DNA from: Octopus sinensis
Taxonomy: Eukaryota
NCBI RefSeq assembly: GCF_006345805.1
Contig: NC_043004.1
Location: 68,510,001-68,574,000 of the forward strand
Length of the DNA: 64,000 nt
Direction of reading: 5' to 3'
The first letter of the stretch is position 1, and every line of letters begins with the position of its first letter. A model generated the notes under the pieces. The model worked only from the letters and a program-made list of their open reading frames with translations. It had not been told where the DNA came from and did not search any database. The position numbers and the translations under genes were made by a program. This document shows, in pieces, positions 25,631 through 37,614 of the stretch.

Positions 25631-25909
25631 GTGTCTCTTTCTGCTTCTCCCTTTTCCACACTCTCGCAACAGAAAATATTGCTAAGTGGGTTCAAATTTA
25701 AACCGTCTCATGAAAGTTGAATAGTATCTATGGTTGCAGGAATGAATAGCGTCAGAAAACTTCCTTAAAACAGTGGAATTAAATATGCGAAGTATAATGT
25801 ATGATCCTTTTCTACATGGAATTCAATCGGGCATGTAATAACATGGTTCCATTGCTTCCCGAGTAAGAAAAATATTCGTTTTATTCAATTTGACATTTCG
25901 AACTATTAT

Positions 25910-26190
25910 GCCACTATCTCCCCAAGGCTATATTAGAAGACACTTGCCCAAGGTACCACCCAGTGGGACTGAGCCCGGAAACATGTGGTTGAGAAGCAAG
26001 CTTCTTACCACGCAGCCGCAACGGACTTCTTTTAGTTTCCGTCTAGTAAATCCACTCAAAAGACTTTGGGCGGCTGTCTAAGTCTATAGTAGAAAAACAC
26101 ATACCCAATATGCCACGCAGTTGGACTGAGCCCAATACCTTATACCCGGAAAGCAAGCTTCCCACCACACAGCTTTTCCTGCGCCTATTG
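25910..26190 (-). mobile_element. Two SINE family A head fragments
   Basis: gacacttgcccaaggtaccacccagtgggactgagcccgg and a second similar head. Confidence 0.7.
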
Positions 26191-26324
26191 TCAGTCGAAA
26201 CAATTTTATTTGTCTTTGAGAGATACAAACGCAATTGCTATTCTAGCTATTCAATATTGATACAAAAGACATTAGCCTCACCAATAAGGAGTGATTACAA
26301 AATACATAGTTATTAATCCAACTG

Positions 26325-26357
<33 letters not shown>

Positions 26358-26838
26358 CCAGAAGGCTAAGAAACGTAAGTTTTCAGTTCTCCTTCCCAAT
26401 TGACGTCGACAAAGATGGTCACCACCACCAATAACCAGCAACCTGATGACCACCACCGCCGATAACAAAAGTACTATCCCTACCACTTCCAGCTTCCGCA
26501 TGATTTCCATTGGCCATGCTCATAAATCAAACAGTCTACCGCACTAAATTATTCAACCAGTTCTATGTGTGTTTAGAAGTTTCTCTTTTCTGCTTACCAG
26601 CTACTTACTTCCCTCCGTAGACTTGGCCTCATTAATTAGTGATCAACTGAAATACAGAGCTGCTGAAGACGCGTCGTGGCTTTTAAGTTTGTTTACATTG
26701 ACAAAGTTGTGTTAGGATTCTGTGTTCCGCTGTGTTTGGGTCTATGTGCTTGTATCTACATACACGTGTGTTGGGTTGTGTGTGTGTGTGTATTATATAT
26801 ACATGTATGTTTGTCTGATTTCTTGTTAATACCAAAAT

Positions 26839-27470
26839 AGCCGGTTTCTAACCTAGATTCAAGGTTCCTTCGTTGGAATTTCAACAACAACAGGATATAT
26901 TTCTATGTATGTGTGTATGTATGTGTGTATGTATGTATGTATGCATGTATGTATGTATCTATGTATACGTACAGATCAGATATGTTTTGTATTATGTATG
27001 TCTTCTCATGCATATACTTCCATATCTAGACATGTTCATATATATTTAAATGATAATCTTCTGAGATTTTACAAATTTTTACAGTTCTGGGGAAGGCTTG
27101 GATCTGTAGTCTTCGTTTCAGTTTTCTGTCTGGTTTTGAGTAGCTTAATTTCTCAAGAATGGTATTTAGGCAATGTGCTACATATCCGAGTGCCCCAAAG
27201 ATTGCAGGTATAAATCAAAAGTGTAATCTGGACGGAGTAGCTGAAGCGTAGATATTCTCTTTATGGCTAACGTTCGCAGGGCAGATGGTTTCCACAACTA
27301 TACACAGTTTATGTTCTCTATTCCAAATCATCATTTCAGGTCTGAGGTATTTACATTTTATTGAGGTTTTCCCTGGGACATTCCAGCAGTACTCCTTTTA
27401 TTTTGAGTGACTATGGATCCCACTGTATGTATGTATCTTTGGTAAACGGAAAACGGAGCTCAAACATGAG
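26839..27470 (-). pseudogene. RLE-type non-LTR retrotransposon 3' end (restriction-like endonuclease plus 3' UTR)
   Basis: KCKYLRPEMMIWNREHKLCIVVE..CPA..KENIY and FIPAIFGALGYVAHCLNTILEKLSY..RRLQIQA..TVKICK match the PD..D/E..K..Y RLE layout. Confidence 0.8.
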
Positions 27471-27544
27471 TATGCATATATATATTGTATTGAATCAGCA
27501 GAAGCTACTACAAAGAGACACAAGTATCAGGAGTCTCCTCCACT

Positions 27545-27733
27545 GCCATGTGAGTAGACGTGGCTGTGTGGTAAGACGTTTGCTTTCTAATGACATGGTT
27601 CGGGGTCCAGTTCCGCTGCGTGGCACCTTGTCCAAGTGACTTCTACTATACACTCGGGCCGACAAAGACTTATGTTTGAATTTGGTAGCCAGAAACTTAA
27701 AGAAGACTGTCGTATATATATGTATATATATAT

Positions 27734-27775
<42 letters not shown>

Positions 27776-27783
27776 TATATATA

Positions 27784-27868
<85 letters not shown>

Positions 27869-28197
27869 CATATATATACATATATACATATATATGTATA
27901 TATACACATATATATAGAGAGAGTGGGGATTCACAAAAAGACAAAAGATGAAGACAGGTGGTGTAGACAACAAACAGAGGTATTAATATAACGCTCGGGA
28001 AGTAAAGAAGTCTTTAAGGTTTCGAGCCTACGCTCTTCCACAGAAAGTAATTTATATATATATATATATATATAATTATATATATAATTATTTATTATAT
28101 ATATATACACACACACATATATATATATACACACATATATACATATACATATACATTATATATATAATATATATATATATATTATATATATATATAC

Positions 28198-28228
<31 letters not shown>

Positions 28229-28249
28229 ATTATATATATAATTATTTAT

Positions 28250-28288
<39 letters not shown>

Positions 28289-28500
28289 GAGTGTGTATGT
28301 GTGTGTGTGTGTTTGTCCCCCACCATCGCTTGACAACCGATGCTGGTGTCCTTATATGCCTGTAACTTAGCAGTTCGTCAAAAACGAGCGGTAGAATAAG
28401 TACTAGGCTTACAAAGAATGCATCTTGAAGTCAATTTCTTTGACTAAAACGCTTTAAGGCAGTGCTCCAACAAGGCCGCAGTCAAAAAAGAATAAAAGGT
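27545..28500 (+). mobile_element. SINE family A split by an expanded (TA)n and a nested family H element
   Basis: 5' half 27545-27715, (TA)n, insert 27918-28047, (TA)n, 3' half 28290-28500. Confidence 0.8.
27918..28047 (-). mobile_element. Family H HHR-bearing element
   Basis: CTTT-CTGTGGA-A-GAGC-GTAG-GCTC-GAAA-CC-TT-AAAG at 28012-28047 on the minus strand. Confidence 0.65.
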
Positions 28501-28884
28501 TAAAAGATTAAAAGAACACAAACATGTATATGATTTTCTGTGTAGATGGAGGCAGACAGACAGAGATAGGGAGAGGGAGATATCACTCGTTGACGAATCC
28601 TTAAACTGCAAAAACTGCCGGTACCATTGACCCTGCTCTCACGCGTGTGTATGTGTCTGCTAGTGTCATATTATGATGTGAAACTATATATATGAATAAA
28701 TTGAAATAAATTGAAGAAGGAATAGATAATTAAATAACAATATAAATTGAAAATTACGTAATTAAATATGTAATTCAGTAGATAGCCAGTTGCCTAATTA
28801 AGTGTATATTTAATTAATTATTGGAATATATAATATCCATTATTAATTGGCACACAACTGACACACAGGAATATTTTGGCGAGG

Positions 28885-29230
28885 GGCCGTGATAAGTGGT
28901 ATGCTTCCCGCCATATTTCCCAGTTCAACTCTACTGTGTGGCACATTGTGCCAGTGCCGTTTTCTATAGCCTCAAACCAACCAAAGCCTTATGAGTAGAT
29001 TTTGTATACGGAAACTAAAAGAAGCCCATAAGTATATATATATACATATACATATATATATATATTCGTCTGTACTTGTGTCTTTCTGACATGTGTTGGT
29101 TTGTTTATATCCCCGTTACTTAGTGCTTCGGCAAAAGTGGTCCATGGAATAAGTACAAGACTAATAAAACTGTGATTGGTGTTCGACAAACATTCCTCAG
29201 GATGGTGCCCCAGGGTGTCTGCATCTAATA
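28885..29230 (+). mobile_element. SINE family A, degenerate
   Basis: Head, gtggcacattgtgccagtg, caaagccttatgagtagatttt and tail gctgaaacaagtgaaaga. Confidence 0.7.
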
Positions 29231-29307
29231 GCTGAAACAAGTGAAAGATACACATATATGTGTGTGTGTGTATGTGTGTGTGTGTGTGTGTGTGTAGGTG
29301 TGTGTGT

Positions 29308-29340
<33 letters not shown>

Positions 29341-29824
29341 CGAGCGCGCGCGTGTTGGTGTGTCACTACTAGACAATAGCAACAAAAAAATATGCCAAAT
29401 AGTGAAAAGTGAAGAGAGAAGCATGCAGCAATTTGGCATAGACCTCTGTAAGAAACACACTTCCTGATGACCACTAGCCCCACCCCCGCTCTCTTGCGAA
29501 GCCAGAAGTGCAGGACTCGTATATATCGAGAAAACCTGACCCCTATGTTTTCGATATCCATGTAGGAGCAAGATAGAAAATATTTCATGAACAAATGAAT
29601 GTGTGAACCGTTAGAATCACCAGATGCAAGTATCGCTCATGCCACCATTACGTACTGGACATACGTGGTGCTTTTAGAGGAACACAAGCAACATGGGCAA
29701 AAATCATTTCGGTAGGTGGCGACGCCAACATGCCTGCGCATGCGTACTCTTGGCTGCTACAGCTAGAGTACAGATGTGTAGTGCCCGCTTGTCGGATTTT
29801 CGTTTTCACCGAACGCATCGAGCG

Positions 29825-29975
29825 TGGAGGTCTGTAATAACAGATACCTGCAAAGAGTGTGCACGACTACAGCGGCAATGAATGATATATATTTTTTTAA
29901 GAACGGTGAATCTTGAAGCAGGTAGAGCAATAAATGGATGGAAAAATCTAATATTTACTCATGGGACAATTTTCG
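29825..29975 (+). repeat. Unclassified dispersed repeat, copy of 13772-13925
   Basis: Direct alignment. Confidence 0.85.
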
Positions 29976-30202
29976 GGGTTGATAAAATAAGTACTAGATG
30001 AGCGATGGGAGTCGAGATAATCGAATTACCCCTTCCCTGAAATTGTTTGCTTAGTGCCAAAATTAGAGACTAATATCTAGAGTAGATCATTGTGTCTCAG
30101 AGCTAATATTGCATCACGTTTTGTCAAAACTTGCTGACACTCAAGTTCAAATCATCGACATGGTTCAGCTTCAGTTGTGCGTGAAACCTTGGAATACACG
30201 TA

Positions 30203-30302
<100 letters not shown>

Positions 30303-30383
30303 CATGTACACATACACACACACACACACAGATATGAGCAAAGGGAATATTGGTGGAACATTGCCACCAAAACTTCTACGATA

Positions 30384-30792
30384 GGCGCAGGAGTGGCTGT
30401 GTGGTAAGTAGCTTTCTTACCAACCACATGGTCCTGGGTTCAGTCCCACTGCGTGACACCTTGGGCAAGTGTCTTGTAAGTGGATTTGGTAGTCGGAAAC
30501 TGAAAGAAGCCCGTTGTATATATGAATAAATAAATATATATATATGTGTGTATGTGTGTGTGTGTGTGTGTAAATGTTTGTGCGTCTGTGTTTGTCGCCC
30601 GCAACATCGCTTGACAACCGATGCTGGTGTGTTTACGTCCCCGTAACTTAGCGGTTGGGCATAAGAGACAGATAGAATAAGTACTAGGCTTACAAAGAAT
30701 AAGCTCTGGGGTCGATTTGCTCGACTAAAAAGGCGGTGTTCCAGCATGGCCGCAGTCAAATGACTGAAACAAGTAAAAGAGTAAAAGAGTAA
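30384..30792 (+). mobile_element. SINE family A, near full length
   Basis: GGCGCAGGAGTGGCTGTGTGG A-box, GGGTTCAGTCCC B-box, CCTTGGGCAAG, internal (TA/TG)n, tail GGCGGTGTTCCAGCATGGCCGCAGTCAAATGACTGAAACAAGTAAAAGA. Confidence 0.9.
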
Positions 30793-31737
30793 GTGCAAAT
30801 GTATGAGATCAATCATAGTTATTTGAGACAAATGAAAAAAGTCACCTACAATCAAGGGGATGAGTTGCCCAGTTATGTGAACATCTCTTCAAAAATCAAC
30901 AAGAGTAGACATTTTGGATATCTGCTTCAAAGCCTGCAGATCATGCTGCATATAGTTAAGTTTGTAGAAGTCTAAATCACAATTTGTAGAAGTTAAGATT
31001 TTTTAAGGAAGCGACTCGCTAACCCGAACTTTTCGCGTGTAATCTGCAACTGGAGCAGTAAAAATTATGCAAGACTTTCTTAACAATGGATATATAACAC
31101 TCATGTCGTTATTCAAACTCCAATGACAAAGCATGTGTTTCTTAGTTTGAAAGCAGTTGCCTCATTCTTGAAAGAATACAAATAAATATAAAGAAAAAGA
31201 CGCAAGATATTTCGAAGTTTTTCCAAATTATTTCATCTCGTTACTGCTGTTGTTTAATTCAGGTCAAAGATACGGAAGTAGACCTTGATCAAGTGTTATG
31301 TAGATGTTGATTAAGTGTTATGTATATGAAATTGCTAAGTTAGCGGTAAAGATACAGATCGTCTGTGTTTCAGCCCTCTTCTTCCTTGGCTTAAAGTGAC
31401 CAAACCCAAATGAATATACTGCAGTAGAAAATAATCTTAATCAAACAGACATACTAGTGCCTGGGTAACAAGAAAACCTAAGACTCATTGAGAGAGCTTG
31501 TTGAAAACAATATAGATGAGCGAAATTATATTTGATGAAGGACATGTCAGATTTTATTCTTTCACACTAATTTCATTCGAACTACATCATCCAAGGTGAA
31601 ATTCATTAAAAAGTAGGTACAATGTGACTTCATAATGACTAGGTTAGTAGTTGATATTTTTAGCAGAAATTCCAACTACGAAGAGGTTTTCTAAAAATAT
31701 TTCTTGTAATCTATTCTATGTTTAAAATCCTTTAAAG

Positions 31738-32074
31738 CAGTTGCTCTCAACCGGGTTCAATGTACTCCCTAAAGCTCCATACAAGATTTTCGGAGACCCA
31801 TGCAACAAAATAGTAAACTGGGAATCCACAATAGTATTTGAAGAGCCCCTGATACAATTTTTTATGATTGATTGTATTGCAAAAAACCTCTAGGTTTCTT
31901 TCCCTAAATTTCACATAATTCAGCCTAAACAAGTGAATATGGGGAAAAGAACATAGGAATTTGAAAGAAGGATCTGTAAATCTAGATTTGAAACATCGAA
32001 TGGTTATCGGGTTCCACCGTAAATATATAGTAACCAAAGAGATCCATTAATAAAAAAATGGTTGAGGACCTCTA
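31738..32074. mobile_element. hAT (Charlie-like) MITE
   Basis: Imperfect TIRs CAGTTGCTCTCAACC / GGTTGAGGACCTCTA and a perfect 8-bp TSD CTTTAAAG (31730-31737, 32075-32082). Confidence 0.88.
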
Positions 32075-32523
32075 CTTTAAAGCTACGGTTTTTGTTTCTT
32101 GTATATCTAGTCTGTTCTTCTTCTCGTTTGTATGTGAATAAAACTATGCCCACCTTATAATAAACATGAAAAATAAAATAAAATAAAGCTTTTAATTTAT
32201 CAGGGAAAGATAATTGATTTAATGGAAGGATTCAACAACCTACTTATTTTGCTAGAAAATGAGAACATTCCTTACAAACATTTTCAACGCAACGCGGAAT
32301 GTCACTTGGTAAAGTATCTTAGAAACAACCTGCAAAGACAATAAAAGAAAAAACAGAGAATCGCTTGTCTACGCAAGAAGCCTCAATTTGAAACAATTCT
32401 ACAAGCATATAAAATAACAATATTGCACGCATTCCTCCCATACATACATAATGACATACTCACATGCATACATACATACCTACATAAATACATACATATA
32501 TACAGATATATATGTATATATAT

Positions 32524-32558
<35 letters not shown>

Positions 32559-32584
32559 CTATATATATATATATATCTATATAT

Positions 32585-32723
<139 letters not shown>

Positions 32724-32900
32724 GTACATGTACATATTATTATTAATTTTACCTTATAGAAAGGAATATTTCGAGTTTATAAAGAAATACAATACAATTG
32801 GAAAGCGAATTAGGAATATCCGAACGGACGTTTGCACTATGACATATACGTGCGCATGCGCCTATGTTATATATAGATATATATATATATAGATAGATAA

Positions 32901-32957
<57 letters not shown>

Positions 32958-33419
32958 GAGCGAGAGAGAGAGAGATGCATACATGCATACATATATATCC
33001 GCATGCATACATGCATATGTGATGTGCATTTACATGCATAAATGAATTTATATAGATACGCATATACGTATATCATTATATACCCACATACAAACATATA
33101 CGTATACATATATCTGTAGATAATCACATAATTATATATATATATTTATATATATATTTATAAATATACATTTAAATTTACATTATATACGCATGTGCCA
33201 ACCCGATATTGTGAGCATGCGGTCGTGTATTTGTGTGTGTGATCGTGCGTGTGTTTGTGTGTATGTGTATTACCGTATGTAATTCAACTGTTTCTGGTGT
33301 GTATGCTCATGTATATATGTCTGTATTAAATATATGCACAATAGCGCACACGCACATACATACATACATACATACACTCATACATAATACATACATACAT
33401 ACATACATACATACATGCA

Positions 33420-33460
<41 letters not shown>

Positions 33461-33702
33461 GTGTGTATTCTATACGTATTCTTGATGGAGTAAGGAAAGA
33501 TTTAGTTCAATCTTTGATCTTTAAAAGCAAAGCGAGGTTAAATGTGTCGACAGAATCAAGTTGAAATTAAATTTACAAATAGTTGCAAAACACACCCTCC
33601 AAAAATATTTCATTCTTTCCATTTTTGCTTCCTGAAGCATTTTAATCGAATTTACCAATTTTAATAGGATTAAGAAGAAATTTAAAAAAAACAACAACAA
33701 CA

Positions 33703-33843
<141 letters not shown>

Positions 33844-34155
33844 ATCAACAGCAACAACGAGAACAACAACGATGTAAAACGGAAAGAAGTAATGTCTGTC
33901 TTTATATAACAACGTCGTGGAAAGGTGAATGTGAAAGAAAGAAATAATTGTTTGAAGCACACCAGACGTTCTTACAAGTTTACTTGTATCACGTTAATGT
34001 TTTCTTTGAATAAGTTCTTTGTGTTGCTTATGTTTCTGTTTGTAGATTCGCTTCTTATTGATTTTTTTTTATATATTCAGTTTTAAATATTCCTGTCTTA
34101 ATGCTTAACATGTATTGTATGAGTTAAACTGTTCTTTATAGGGGGAAAATGCTGT

Positions 34156-34195
34156 AGGTCTTTATGACCGAATATACGTAGGAAACTAGTCACCT
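34156..34195 (+). ncRNA. Degenerate minimal HHR-like motif
   Basis: AGGT-CTTTATGA-...-GAAA-CTAG-TC-ACCT: helix I AGGT/ACCT, palindromic ACTAGT, GUC triplet; core and helix II damaged. Confidence 0.35.
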
Positions 34196-35944
34196 CCTAA
34201 GTTATTTGCATCCAGTCACCAGTTTGCCAATGTTCCCGAATACTCTATAGAATTGTTTTGGTTGTTATATTTGTTGTTGTTCTTCTGGTTATTTCACTTT
34301 TTAGCATTCAGATAATGTTGTCAGATGTAATGTTTGGTTTTTCACATTGATTTCAATTAATCATGCATTATAGCGTATCTTCCAGGTTTCTATGATGTTA
34401 GTATTTATCTTTAGAATGACATTGTAGGGTGACAGCGGTAGAATAGTTGGGCCTGATATGGCCGCTTAATTGCAAAGGGAATTAGCCACACTAAGCATAT
34501 TTATGTGCAGGATTATGGCATCGTGCCTTCAGAGACTAGGTTTTAATTTCGGGGTGATTTAGCTCTCATTTCTAAGAGGTAGGGCAACCACGGAATATCA
34601 TTCTAATTCTATTGCGACTTTAAAGATGGACAATTTCGAAGCAGACACTTTCAGCATTTTCCAGCAATGTCCCCAATTCAGTGTTTTTTATAAAGTGAAA
34701 GGGTTGTAAAAATTGGAAAAGGTGCAAAAAGCTTGCCATGTTTTATAATGTTGAGCCAGGTTCTAAAATCTTGATAGGTGCAAGAGAATTGTCTAAAACG
34801 AATAATTATATATGGAAGGACAGGACTGTGTGATCAAGAAGAAGCGCATTCTGCAAACACTCATTTTTGGGTGCAGTTTCAATGTATAGCATCTTGAGGA
34901 AGTGTCTTCTCATTTAGTCTTGTAAGGGAATTTGATAGATGGAAACTGTGTGAAATCTCGGTATATAAATACATACATAGGCACACACAAATACATATTA
35001 TAAAAATGCGTCTTTGTATAGTTGTGTTCATCTCCTCCACAGTTTGACAACCGATATTGGTTTATTTACGACGCGTAAAATTGCCGTTCGCCAATAGACC
35101 TTATAGTTTAAGTAACAGACTACAAAAACTGTTTGATTTGTTCGACTAAGCACCCAAAGCCGTGCTCCAGCGTGGGCGTAATCCAAAGACTGAAACACAT
35201 AAAAATCAAGGATCCAAACGCCATTTTATTTTATCATTTGTTTCAAATTTTAACAAAGGGACAGGTTTAGGTAGAGTGGTGGATTTTGTCGTTCGCAACG
35301 ACCCCAGTGCCTGACTGTTACTTAATTTTACGTATTCCAGAGAAATGAAAGGCGAATTTCAGATTGTTGAGAATCGAACTTAGAATGTAAAGAGCCGGAA
35401 AAAATACTGCAGACCATTGTTTCTTTATTAATAGAATTAAGACAAAAATTTTGGTTGGTGTTCGTATATATGATCTTGAGCATCGCTACCCTAAACTACG
35501 TGGACGAAATCCAAACTTAGCATCATGCGCTCTATGTAATATCTTTTAATCCTTGTGACACACTTTTCGTTAAAAATAGGGGTCACCTCTCAAAAAAGGA
35601 CAAAAATATCTTAATATTTGATGATGCCAGTATTTTTCAATTTCAGGAGCGCTACCCGAACTCACTGTCATCCGATTTGCGTAATACTTTCGAATCCAAG
35701 AGACACTCTCTCCCTAGAAATTGCAACCACAACTTGCTCAAAGCTTCATATCTAAAAAACAGATGGCAAAAATGGAGGAACTAAGAAAAGTAAGAAACAG
35801 GCGCGGGCATGGATTTGTATTTGTGAGGTTTGCTTTGCAACAACGAGCTTTCTAGTTCAGTTCCACTGCGTGGCATCTTGAGCAACTGTTTTCTAATACA
35901 TGTACACATGTTTTTGTGTGTGTGTGTGTTGTGTGTGTGTGTGT

Positions 35945-36004
<60 letters not shown>

Positions 36005-36668
36005 TACGAACATAATTTAACCAGCATGTCTTGCTAAGGAAGCCAAATAATACTGAAACATATGAGCTAATTATTGAGCTAGCTTTAAAGACCATATTCT
36101 TTCCAATCAGATTTATTTATATCTAGTCCAACAATCTTATTTGAATTATGTCCCATGCTTTTGTATTTCAAAACTGGAAAAAAGCTTTAGTGTAGCGAGT
36201 GTTTCGATAATCTAAGTTGATGTTGTTTTTCAAATTACTGTATTACATATTGATTTTATGTATATTTTAGTTTCTCTTTTTCGTACGTGAGTAACACAGC
36301 AGAAAACGAATGGTTTATCCTATATAAAATTGCATTGTTGCTGAGGAAAGTTAGCCCAGCAATGTAATATAAAGTCTGCCATCATGTAAGTTACAATCTT
36401 GAAGGAGAAGCCAACTACATCGAATTCTTTATCTAAATGATTTCTTATGTTGTTGTTGTTGTTCCTGTTGTTCTTATTGTTTTGCTTCAGATTTAAACTC
36501 ATTTTAAAGGGGTAAAATCAATAACACTATGGTATAAAGCAGTCTGCAGAGAAGGACAAATACATGAGATTGTAAAAATGGATGCTTATTTGACTGCAAA
36601 TATACGTACGGTAAAAACTACCTGAAAGTTATCAGTTCGGAAATGCGATAGGCCATTTTGCCAAACTG

Positions 36669-36669
<1 letters not shown>

Positions 36670-36754
<85 letters not shown>

Positions 36755-36785
36755 GTAGATAGATAGGTAGATAGAGAAATAGATA
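36670..36785. repeat. (GATA)n array at the 3' end of Tx1 copy C
   Basis: Direct reading. Confidence 0.95.
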
Positions 36786-37614
36786 TGTTTCTTTCTTAGC
36801 CACACAGGGCTGCACATAGACGGGACAGGTTACAAAGTAGAGCTTTTCTTTTTTTAGAGAAAAAAAAGGAAGTCGGGTAGGTTTTCGATCAAAAGGGATC
36901 GTAAAAGGGAAAGAAGAAAAAAAGAAAAAAAACAATAGAAACAAAAGAAAAGAAAAAAAGAAGGGAAACGGGGAAAAAGAAAAAAACGATGAATAGGGAT
37001 TCTGTATCACAGTGTTATGATGTACGGTGTAAAGGGGGATGCAGATGAGGTTTATCCGTGGGAAGAAAAGCCTACGGTAACCTCGGTCAATATCGTTACA
37101 TGTTACCACATTTGTTTTCAATTTCTGGGTTCATAGGATTATACTCAAGGTGGCTTCGTCATTCATACGTGCCATCCTTGCTACATTCACCCACGTTTTT
37201 TTAAAACATTCGCTAGACAAAACTTGCCTCTCTACTCTCACATTCCTTTTCAAGTGATACTTGAAGAAGTTGATGAGAGATTGACCAGAGAGGAAAGTGT
37301 TTGTCTCCAATCTTTTCAGACGCGTCCACCAGATACATTCTTGCGCCATAGGGAAGGAGGCATTGACAATATTGACGATCGATTCAGCTGATAAACCGAC
37401 TCGTTCTACACGTAACAGCAGTTGTTCGACATAAGACCACAGGTCGGAAATTGTTGGACACTGCACGAGTGCGTGCAGAACAAAAGGCGACCACACCTGT
37501 TCACCGTTGTCTATGAAGCGCCGGAGATGTCGCAGTCTCAGCGCATGTCTGCGCATCATCAACCACGGCATGCCCAGCCCTCCATTTAGCGGGTGTTGAC
37601 AGCAAATGGATCGC

